Source: Octopus vulgaris (lineage: Eukaryota). From it: 64,000 bases of DNA. Location of the stretch: contig OX597827.1 of the NCBI GenBank assembly GCA_951406725.2, positions 248,001 to 312,000 on the forward strand. The letters are read 5' to 3'. This document shows positions 53,200 through 64,000 of the stretch, piece after piece. The stretch's first letter is position 1. Each line of letters opens with the position of its first letter. The notes under the pieces were generated by a model. That model did not search any database, was not told where the DNA came from, and worked only from the letters and a program-made list of their open reading frames with translations. The translations under genes and the position numbers were made by a program.

Positions 53200-53855
53200 G
53201 GTTAAGCTCATTACCCCCAATCCAAGAGTACTTAAGTTCCTGGTGACATGTGATGAAGACTGAGTTTATTATGATCCAGAGTGCCAAATGGAAGCATCCT
53301 GGCTCCCCCAGACCCAAGAAAGTCAAGCAAAGTAAAAGTCCCCCAGGAAGCTCATGATGTTCTCCTTTTTAACAGAAAGGGCAACATCTACATCCACTGG
53401 GTTCCTTCTGTCCAAATGGTCAACAAAGAGTACTTTGTGGAGGTTTTGAGGGTGAGGGTGTTCAGGAAGAGATTTTATCACAAAAGGCCAGAGCACTTCC
53501 ACTTAGGCTGGTGGCACCTGTCCACAATTCCATCTTGGTAACCAACTACTTGACAGAGGTGAGCATTGAAACTGTCCCTCAACCTCCTCACAGTTCAGAC
53601 CTTGCCCCCTCTGACTTTTGGTTGTTCCCCAAGCAGAAGGAGAACCTCAAGGTCAATCATTTTGAAGACATTGAGAAGGTGAAGGAGGCTGTGACAAGGG
53701 TCCTGGACACCTTCACTTTGAAGGACTTCCATGGAACTCTTATGAAATGGCTGGAGAACTAAAACAGGTGTATTGAACAAGTTTAAAGTTTTGTACCTTT
53801 TTGAAATTAATAAGTGTCTCTCCTGAAAAAGTCTCAAAGCTTCTGGAATGCACCA
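53200..53855 (+). mobile_element. Mariner transposase fragment
   Basis: VNKEYFVEVL and PQPPHSSDLAPSDFWLFPK motifs. Confidence 0.75.
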
Positions 53856-54636
53856 TGTACTTCATCCTATGTCTTCCTCTTTCACAAGTTCCATTAACTT
53901 TAAGCTACTTGCGCTTCTTTAGATATCTGTCCTCATTCATATGCATCACACGACCTAACCAGCAGTCGTCTCTCTTGCATAGTATATCTGATTCCTCATA
54001 TGTCTAATTTTTCTATCAATACCTTAAGACTTTGTCATACATGCACACTGCTTTTGCACAGCCCCCCCACCCAAAAGCATATCAGCTTCATTCTTCTATA
54101 GTCTATGCATGTACCCTGCATTTATGGTTCACATCTTGTTAGTATATAGCATTGCAGTTCATACATGAGCATTTTACAATTGGCCCTTCAGTCTGAGAGA
54201 CTTTTAGTAGCCAAGAGAAGCTATAACACTCTGAACTGTCTCCATCCCATTCATATTGTAGCAACTATCTTTTCAAAACAACCTTCTCCACTGCTAAGTA
54301 CGTCACCTAGCTAACCTCTAGGGCATTCTTTTATCATTTATCATTTACTCTTTCAGTCATTAGACTGCAGTCATGTTGGGGCTCTGCCTTGGAGAATTTT
54401 AGTCAAATGGATCGACTCCTAGTACTTATTTTTTAAAAAGTCTGGTACTTATTCTATCGGTCACTTTTGCTGAACTGTTAAGTTACAGAGATGTACACAC
54501 ACCAACATCTGTTGGCAACTGGGCCAGCGAAACACTATCTACCTATCTCTATATATGATATGCATGTCTACACACGCATATATAAACATACATATATTAT
54601 CATACACATAAATATAGACATACACATATTCTTATA

Positions 54637-54717
<81 letters not shown>

Positions 54718-54868
54718 GTACACATACATATATATATGTATACACACACATATATATATACATACATACATATGCAACCATATGTATAAATGCATACATA
54801 CATATACATACACACACACATATATACATACACATATATATGCATACATACATATAATACATACACTT

Positions 54869-54905
<37 letters not shown>

Positions 54906-56339
54906 ACATGCACACAGTATATATGTGCGTGTGAATATAATCTATCTATACAGCAACATAAAAACATACATTATATGCATACATACTTATACTCATACAT
55001 ATATACACATACATATACACATTATATACATACAAATACAAGCATTATGTGAATATAAGAAATCTTGGGGAAAAAACGTTCGTTTCCTTAGAAAATAAAA
55101 CAAAATAAAAAGATGGATGCAGTTTGTTGTCCAGAGAGAGATGATGTAACCGCATGTAAGAAGAAAATCGCAACCTAATTATGTTTTTACGATAAAATTT
55201 ATTCACAAGGCAAAGCAACACAGTGGATGGAAGTAAAAGAACGTACAAAAAGCAATAAAAAAGTGTAAAAAAACGGTAAAAAAGCTGTTTTGTGGATGTG
55301 TTTTGCAGAAGGGAATTTTTAGTTGTCACCGGCTTCGCCAATTGTCTACATCGCCTCAAACTGCTGCTTTGTGATTTCGTTGAAATCTATATGGTAGGTT
55401 TTTACTTATATCAAATTGGCTTTTATCGATTAATATGATCTCTTGTACCAGGTCTGTTATCTTTCCTTACACTAATAGCGTTTAGAGGAAGCTGGAGAAT
55501 CTTTCCAACATGTGTGTCTGTGTGTGTGTCTGTGTGTTCGCTTTTTTGGTTTGGTAGTATTCCTTCTCAAAATTTCTTGCATTGATAATGACCCTCCAGG
55601 ATTATCTTCTCTGAAACGAATTACATAGTTGTTAGATTATCCGAAAACAGTGGGAAAAAAACTGGGAAAAACTCCTTTTTCCGATGCTTTATCTTCACAA
55701 AAGACTTGTTAAGGCGGAGAGACGTAAAAATTTTTTTAACTAATGTTTTCTGTGGATGACCTCCCTTGGAAATTAACCCTCCAGCAACTAGTTTCGTCTC
55801 TATTAAAAGCTTCCACTCACAACTGCAATAAGCATCTCTGTAATTACACAATCATCATTTCTAGATATTGTGATCAAAACTTGCAGCTGAAAAATTTAAC
55901 ATATACTTATATTAATTTTATGTTTTATGCAAGAAAATATTTTTTACATATGTCATTCATTTCATAGCTAAAGGGTTAATAATGAAGGGAGCTAACTGCA
56001 TCCATCCTAGTGGGGCGGGTTTTTTGCTCTTTATATTATATTTGTCTGTTAGTTTTCAGAATTTTTTAAAACTTATTTATTTATAATTTATTTGAGCGAC
56101 AAACTTAAAGCATTTTCTGTACCTAATTTGTGCTTCGCTATTGAGTTCAGATCTATTCCATCAAGGTCGACATTACTAATTTTCCGACGGTTAAATGGTG
56201 AAAAACAAAATAAATACAAAATACAAGCAAAATATTTTTTCGTTATATAAATTGATCGTACAAGCTGCTGATCTTAATCATTATTAAAAAGAAGAATATA
56301 TTTAAATTGAAACAGTTCAGCGAGCTACGCGCGCGTACA

Positions 56340-56904
<565 letters not shown>

Positions 56905-58232
56905 CAATATGTTACATTACTCGGTAGTCAAGATAAAACTCTGAGTTTCAGATGCCGAAGTGGAAATCCACAACACCATCTCTTCGGTTATCTGGCTATT
57001 TGAAAACGTTATGAAAAAATACCGTTAAAAATGAAGGGAAATTACTCTGTTATAACTCTGCTTTGCCTGCGTACTTATACATCGCTCGCATTTTTCGTCA
57101 TAGAAATTATATAAAATACATAAAAATATATAAAAATATATAAAAAATATATAAAATCTTCTTGGGACATAACACAGAAAGCATGTTCTATCCGTTTTCT
57201 TTAGGGGACCAAAAACGTAACAGAAATTTAGTCACATGTGGGCATGATCCGAAAAGCTCTGTCCTTGTATTTAGACATGTGGTAGGGTCTAAGCTGCTTT
57301 TCCAGATAAGCCATCTCTCCATGTCGCATAAACCGCACCTTCCGCTGCTGTTAGTGTAGGGCTTACATCTGGACAAAATCTTCCATTGTATGTTATAATC
57401 GACACCTTTATCTCTTAAAGACCAAATATGATTGGATAATTGTGTCGCTTTTCTTTTGTTCCAGTGCCTAAAGCTCAAAGTGTGGTTATTGAACCTGGCC
57501 TTGAAATTACCCTCTGTCAGGCCCACGTATTTCTTCGTCGAAACGGTGTCTTTAGTGGTTATAGAGTTTACGGTAGCTTCATATATGATGGTCTTGGACA
57601 TGCAAGCTCCATTTAGCGGGCACAATTCTTTATTCCTGCATGAACAGCTGTTTTCTTCTTGTGTTTTTTGTATGTTATGATTGATTATGTTTTTAAAATT
57701 GGTAGTTGAACTAAAACTAATTTTTAAATTGTGTCTATTGAAGAGTTTCCTATAAGCATGGTTAACTGGAAAATGTCTATCTATCAGTGCTAGGAAATAT
57801 TTACCTATATTGAAGGCCACCTCGGGTGAGTAAGGGGGCGTAAACCAGATGACCTTCCTATTTCTATTATTCCTTTTCCTTACTGTTGGGCTGGTGATAG
57901 GTGTATATTTTATTTTTTCGCTAAAACCACTATCATTAGATGAGAGGCTAGAAATCCTCTTACTAATATTTTTAACTAAATTTTTGAATACTATAGGGGG
58001 ATGGCATGAACCTACATTAATATAACTTAGTCTATCATTGGGCTTCCTATAAGGCTTATAAATATTATTATTAAGATCTAAGGAAACGTCTAAGAAATTG
58101 ACAACCGTCAGGTTAGTGTCTATAGTTATACTAAGTCCGAAGTGTTTCATTAACTGGATAATATCCTTCCTAAAACGATCTTGTGCTGGTCCATTTGTAT
58201 TAGCTGTTAAGGCGAGGGCATCATCTTTGTAG
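56905..58232 (-). mobile_element. Naiad-type Penelope-like element, 5'-truncated (RT C-terminal half + GIY-YIG endonuclease + pLTR)
   Basis: [84 protein letters not shown]. Stop at 57188; embedded in (TA)n. Confidence 0.85.
56931..56993 (-). ncRNA. Type I hammerhead ribozyme in the PLE 3' pLTR (CCGAAGA core variant)
   Basis: AGATAA-CCGAAGA-GATG..GTGGA[TT]TCCAC..CATC-T-GAAA-CTC-A-GAG-TT-TTATCT; perfect 6-bp stem I. Confidence 0.7.
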
Positions 58233-58265
58233 ATGTATATATATGTATATATATGTATATATATA

Positions 58266-58342
<77 letters not shown>

Positions 58343-58377
58343 ATATATATATATGTATATATATACATATATATATG

Positions 58378-58410
<33 letters not shown>

Positions 58411-58490
58411 TCATATATATATGTGTATATATATATATATATATATACATATTCATATATATATGTGTATACATATATATATATATATAT

Positions 58491-59060
58491 CCCCGTGCCG
58501 GTGACACGTAAAAGCACCATCCGTTCGTGGCCGTTTGCCAGCCCTGTCTGGCCCCCATGTCGGTGACATGTAAAAGCACCATCCGTTCGTGGCCGTTTGC
58601 CAGCCCTGTCTGGCCCCCATGTCTGTGACATGTAAAAGCACCATCCGTTCGTGTCCATTGCCAGCCTCGCCTGGCCCCCGTGCCGGTGACACGTAAAAGC
58701 ACCATCCGTTCGTGTCCGTTGCCAGCCTCGCCTGGCCCCCGTGCCGGTGACACGTAAAAGCACCATCCGTTTCGTGGCCGTTTGCCAGCTCTGTCTGGCC
58801 CCCGTGTTGGTGGCACGTAAAAGCACCATCCGTTCGTGTCCGTTGCCAGCTCTGTCTGGCCCTGTGCCGGTGACACGTAAAAGCACCATCTGTTCGTGGC
58901 CGTTTGCCAGCTCTGTCTGGCACCTGTGCGGGTGGCACGTAAAAAGCACCCACTACACTCACGGATGAAGCCTTCCAGCTTCACAGACCCCAGTTGAACC
59001 GTCCAACCCATGCTAGCATGGAGAACGGACGCTAAATGATGATGATGATGATGATGATGA
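58491..59060 (+). mobile_element. RTE 3' UTR with ~7.5 tandem copies of a ~61-bp VNTR and (GAT)n tail
   Basis: Unit CCCCGTGCCGGTGACACGTAAAAGCACCATCCGTTCGTGGCCGTTTGCCAGCCCTGTCTGG repeated over 58491-58945. Confidence 0.9.
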
Positions 59061-59130
59061 TATACATATATATATGTATGTATATATATATAAAGACATA
59101 TTTATATATATGTATGTATATATTCATATA

Positions 59131-59191
<61 letters not shown>

Positions 59192-59196
59192 ACATA

Positions 59197-59233
<37 letters not shown>

Positions 59234-59451
59234 CCGAAATTTGCCATGATGAATCGGTTTCTGACTGAAGAATGAAGGCTCTGAATGACTGTCTGTTTTC
59301 CGTGTTCGTCAATTCGTGAATTTCACGTTCTATATATATAAAGTTTTATTCTATATATATATATATAAAGACATATTCATATATATATATATATATATAT
59401 GTATGAATATATTCATATATATATATATATGTATATATACATATTTATATA

Positions 59452-59508
59452 TGCCCCAGCATGGCCGCGGCCATCGGGCTAAAACATTTTTAAGGATTTA
59501 AGGATTTT
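59452..59508 (+). mobile_element. Isolated ~57-bp 3' tail of the second CR1-group LINE subfamily
   Basis: Nearly identical to 12853-12908 and flanked by TA tracts. Confidence 0.85.
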
Positions 59509-59529
59509 ATATGTATATATACATATTCA

Positions 59530-61195
59530 TATATATATGTATATACACAAATTGAGATAGGGGTTGTAAATGCAACCCTCCATGGGATTGTAAATGCAAC
59601 CCTGGCTACACCAAGCACAAAGAAGGAACCCTGCCCACCACTATGCAAGACCACCACAGTCAACAGACACGGGATGGCCTCCTCGAACGCCTGCACAGCT
59701 GTCACCCCAATACTTTTACTAAATATTGGGGGCCTGTTGCGTCAAGATAGAAACAAAATTTCTTTCCTGAGAGATCTTACAGCATGCAATCAAGCCCTAT
59801 GCATAGCACTTGTGGAAACTCACCTCAACCCTGATATAGAGGACGCAGAAGTACACATACCAAACTATGCAATACTGCGAACAGACAGACGGGAAAGGAG
59901 CCATGGTGGAGTTGCTGTATACATCCGAGATGACCTCACACCCCAGGTCTAGATGACATACTCAAATTCGGTATGTGACACTTTAATTGTATACATAAGA
60001 CAACATAATATAGTCATATGCAATACATATTGCCCACCGGATGCCCCAAATCACATAGGCAAGTTTGAAGATTGCCTCACAAGAATTAAAGAAATCCTCA
60101 TGAATCTGGAACACAACGTGACCATATTTCTTATGGGTGATTTCAACTTCCCCAACGTCAAGTGGCCCGAAGGTCACATACTCTCAGGAATGAATCATTG
60201 CAAGCAAGTACAGGTGGAGTCCCTGCTCAACCTCACCAATGCCTTATTTATGGAGCAAGTTGTACTCAAGCTAACTAGGGCGAACAACATTCTGGATCTC
60301 TGCTTCATGAACAATATGGACATCATTTATGATGTGAAAGTGACACCGACATCAGTTTCGGATCACAACATAATAGAGCTGTCTATGTTTGGGCCAAAAG
60401 TAACCAGAGACATACAGCCTAAAGGAAGCACCCGAAATCTCTCCAATCTGAACTTCCACAAAGCAAATTTGAAATCGATCCAAAAAGAGATCCTCAGAGA
60501 GGACTGGCCGGAATGTCTCTCCACACCAGACATTGACATGAAACTAGAATGTTTCATGTCTTCTGTGCAAGCCGTATGCCAGAAATATGTCTCAGAGCAC
60601 AAGGCCAAAACAAATAGGAGCAAGATTCCAAGAGACAGGAAGATACTCATGAGACGACGGACGAAGGTTGCAAATCGTCTCAACCAACATCCCAAAAGTA
60701 GCGAAACGTCCCGCCTAAAAACAACACTGATGGAGATCGAAAAAATGCTGCAACAATCCTATGTGAAGGAGAAAGCAGACAAAGAAGCCTGGGTTATAAA
60801 AAATATTAAATCAAACCCAAAGGCCTTCTTTCATTACGCGAAAGAAACAATCTCAGTGCACTACAAGATAGGACCCCTCCTCCAAAAGGATGGCTCCCTC
60901 ACAGACAGTCCAACTAAGATCAGTGAGATGCTGAATGACCAGTTCAAAAGTGTCTTTACCATCCCGTTGGAACACAGACAAGTGAACGAACCAGTGGACT
61001 TCTTTGCCGCCTCACCTATAACCAGCGAGGCGGTTACAATAGAATGTATTGACATTAGTGAAAAAGATGTCTTACTAGCCATAGATGAAGTGGACACAAA
61101 CTCAGCTGCTGGTCCAGATGGTTTCCCAGCCATCCTCCTCAAAGCGTGTAAGCATGCCCTGGCAAAACCCCTCAAGATTCTCTTCCAGAGCTTTT
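59530..61195 (+). mobile_element. CR1-group LINE 5' part of ORF2 (full APE domain to start of RT), one stop at 59950-59952
   Basis: [46 protein letters not shown]; homologous to the 7490 and 10460 copies. Confidence 0.85.
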
Positions 61196-61289
61196 TTGTG
61201 CTACACTGTTATTACGAAGAACCTCATCTAACATGTGGCACTTGGTGAAGAATGGAGTTTGATATAGCTACTGTCATTTGCACCTCCTG

Positions 61290-61525
61290 CCGTTAGGTAG
61301 GTTCATCTGGGACTCTCGACAGGAAGATGTCCAGCTTTGATTTAAAAACCGCTACATCTACTTTGTGCAAGTTCCTCAGACTCTTTGGGAGAATATTAAA
61401 AAGCTGTGGGCCCTTGAAACCCAGGCTGTTGCAGAAGCTGGTGTTGAAGCGTGATGGCATTGCTGGGACCTTTGGCACTATGCAGTGTCGTCCCGTTCTA
61501 GCATTGGTGTAGCTTACAATGCCAA
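61290..61525 (-). mobile_element. Inverted 3' ORF fragment of a CR1-group LINE
   Basis: [36 protein letters not shown] matches the C-termini of the other copies. Confidence 0.8.
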
Positions 61526-62026
61526 GAACCACTGCTTTGGAGGATCTACAGGATTGCTCCCATTTTAGAAGAGAGAGTGAGATTCGGTGGAGCTGGAAAG
61601 CAATGAAAATAGTGATGATGAGGTGAGATTGTGAGAGGTGCATAGGAATGAGAGGGGCATTGGGGCCAGGAATGAATAGGGAAGTTGGTGATGTGTGGAG
61701 CAAGAGTAATGACGATGCAGTAAACAGTAGGAGAGAGAGAGAGAGAGAGAAAGGACATGCAGTTAGGGATGGGATGTAGATATGGATGGGGGAGGGGAGT
61801 GGCAGGTGTGGTGTATGAGGGATGTGAGACATACAGTGGTGATGGAGGAGAAATAATTTGACGACACAGAGTAGGGGTGGGAGATGGAAGTGAGGACAGA
61901 TAGATCAATATTAATGGAAATCAAATGAAGAGGTTGTGGGTGGTAAGTGGTGTCAATGAAGAACTGCAGTTAGGGGTGGTGTAGGGTATCTTGAGGAGGT
62001 GGAGGGAAATTGGGCAAAGGTCCAGT

Positions 62027-62062
<36 letters not shown>

Positions 62063-62476
62063 GGCATGCGGCCTAGTGGTTAGGGTATTGCACTTATGTT
62101 CACTAGATCATGGATTCCGTTCCCTGACTGGGTGGTGTGTTATGTTCTTTAGCAAAACACTTCATTTCACATTGTTCCAGTCCACTCAGCTGTAAATAGG
62201 TAACCCTGTGACAGAATAGTTCTGATCAGAGGTAATGTTGGTCTGCTCATCTAGCCAGTGGGGTGGCATTATTCCAAAGCTAAAACGATCTGAAGCACAT
62301 TGTGATCAGTGATGTATAACAACACCCAATAGTCTGGTTGATATTGTGAAACCATGAGATATATATATATAAAGAGAGAGAGAGAGAGAGAGATGCACAC
62401 ACACACACACATATGCAGCTCTACCAGAACTCCTAGGTGGGTGGGTCTCTTGAAAAGCTATGGAGGAGGAGGAGGA

Positions 62477-62509
<33 letters not shown>

Positions 62510-62510
<1 letters not shown>

Positions 62511-62655
62511 CGTTAGGAAGGGCATCCAGCTGTAGAAACACTGCCAGATCTGACTGGCCTGGTGCAGCCTTCGGGCTCCCCAGACACCAGTTGAACCGTC
62601 CAACCCATGCTAGCATGGAAAGCGGACGTTAAATGATGATGATGATCATGATGAT
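62510..62655 (+). mobile_element. RTE 3'-end fragment
   Basis: Near-identical to the reverse complement of 13316-13440. Confidence 0.8.
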
Positions 62656-62878
62656 ATAGTTAGAAATGGGAAGAAGAGGATTTAGATTATTCCCATGTGG
62701 TGAGTTGTAATGAAAAAAATATATCATAAAAGAAGGAAAATGCACACAGCTTACATAGTTTTAATATATTTTCAATGAATGAATATCGTGGTTGTCAACC
62801 GGTTTCACTTTCCCTAATCATGACATTGAAATTATTGTGATATTTTCTTAAGAAATGAATGAATCAGGCTGAACTTTC

Positions 62879-62946
<68 letters not shown>

Positions 62947-63029
62947 AAAATTCAACAGTCAGAAATTTAGAGATTTCTAAATGAAATATTTGACAAAACA
63001 GAAGAGAAGAAGGAGGTGCATATCATAGA

Positions 63030-64000
63030 GGACTACTAGAAGTTTCTCTGGGACAACCTACAGAGGGTTATAGACCAGTGCAAAGTTCTAGCCAGACTGA
63101 GGGTGACATGATTGTGCAACAGTGAGACAGCTAGGGCTATAAAACTAAAACACCAGTTCTTTCTAAGAGTGGAAAAATGGGGGTAGCAGAAAACTATATC
63201 TGGTAGCTTGAAGAGAAGCTATGCAACAGGCTTACATAGCAAAAGGAGAATCAGAAAGTAGCATAAGAATTAGAGGCATTAGGTGCTTTGAATTGTAAGA
63301 TAAAGTATAAGAGAAAATCAAGATGTTTTGAGTAAGAAGTGTGTATGAGTAAATAACGGTACACATGCACTTAGTAATTCTAAAAAAAAAAAAAAAAGGA
63401 GGCAAGAAAGTGCTTCCATGAAAAGTTATTAAACATGCAGAACAGGAGAAAGAGAATTTTCCCAATGTTGACCCAACAGAAGGACCAGCAGCCCTACGTT
63501 GGCAGCAGTATGATAGATAAGGCAATTAAAGATTTGACTGTAGGGAAAGCTCTTGGTCCAGCAGGAATCACCATTGAAATGCTTAAACTATCTGGCAGAG
63601 TAGAATATAGCCTATTCATATGTATAGTTAATAAGGTATCACATCAAGTGTCTTGTGTAGATGATTTAGACAGAAGTAATTGTAGACATATTGTTGGACT
63701 AGGTCATGAAAGCTACAGAAAAAGTTATGGATTAACTGATTAGGAACAGAATTAGACTAGATGAGATGCGGTTTCGTTTTGTGCCAGGGAGAAAATACTA
63801 CAGATGCCCTCTTTCTAGTAAGACAACTGGAGGAAAAGTATTAAGATGAAAGTAACCCATCCAACTTGGCTTTGACAGAGTCTGTCACTATATATGATCT
63901 GGTGGTCTCTGAGGAAGCTTGGGGAAGATGATTGACTTGTGAAAGCCATACAAGCCATGAACAGGGATGCTGTTAATAATGTGAGGGTTTACCACAAATA
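63030..64000 (+). mobile_element. Degenerate RTE LINE fragment
   Basis: Homologous to 1880-2720 (PNVDPTEGP, GKALGPAGITIEMLKLSG, DEMRFRFVPGR). Confidence 0.75.

Noticed and set aside
57040-57110. Possible SECIS element in the Naiad 3' region (some Naiads encode selenocysteine)
   Set aside because: An ATGA is present but no convincing SECIS stem, and there is no in-frame TGA in the surviving ORF.
58491-58945. CRISPR-like repeat or repetitive protein ORFs
   Set aside because: Contiguous minisatellite units without spacers, part of the RTE 3' UTR.
57188-59011. 607-aa ORF as a single protein
   Set aside because: Chimeric read-through of the RTE VNTR, a TA tract and the truncated PLE ORF.

Overview
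AT-rich, repeat-dominated animal genomic DNA. Long (TA)n tracts, C2H2 zinc-finger genes, RTE and CR1-group LINEs and the SINE types suggest a cephalopod, probably Octopus (inference). There are two host genes, both C2H2 zinc-finger genes with one recognisable coding exon: 19357-21075 (polyQ plus 10 fingers) and 41076-41795 (5 fingers). The rest is mobile DNA: four CR1-group LINE copies in TA microsatellites, RTE fragments with a 61-bp VNTR in the 3' UTR, several mariner/Tc1 relics, MITEs (piggyBac-like, hAT-like, 8-bp-TSD type), Helentron-like relics, many tRNA-derived SINEs and Penelope-like elements (PLEs), including a Naiad-type GIY-YIG element. The strongest signal not shown by the ORF track is a set of about 13 type I hammerhead ribozyme (HHR)-like motifs. 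The main ones are: (i) a near-identical 561-bp x5.2 tandem array with one HHR per unit in a (TA)n tract, a retrozyme-like putative circular-RNA retroelement whose HHR architecture resembles that of the Naiad PLE in this window; (ii) a tRNA-headed SINE with an HHR tail, inverted terminal duplication and 13-bp TSD; (iii) an ~870-bp inverted repeat with an HHR in each arm. All folds were judged by eye and none is tested.
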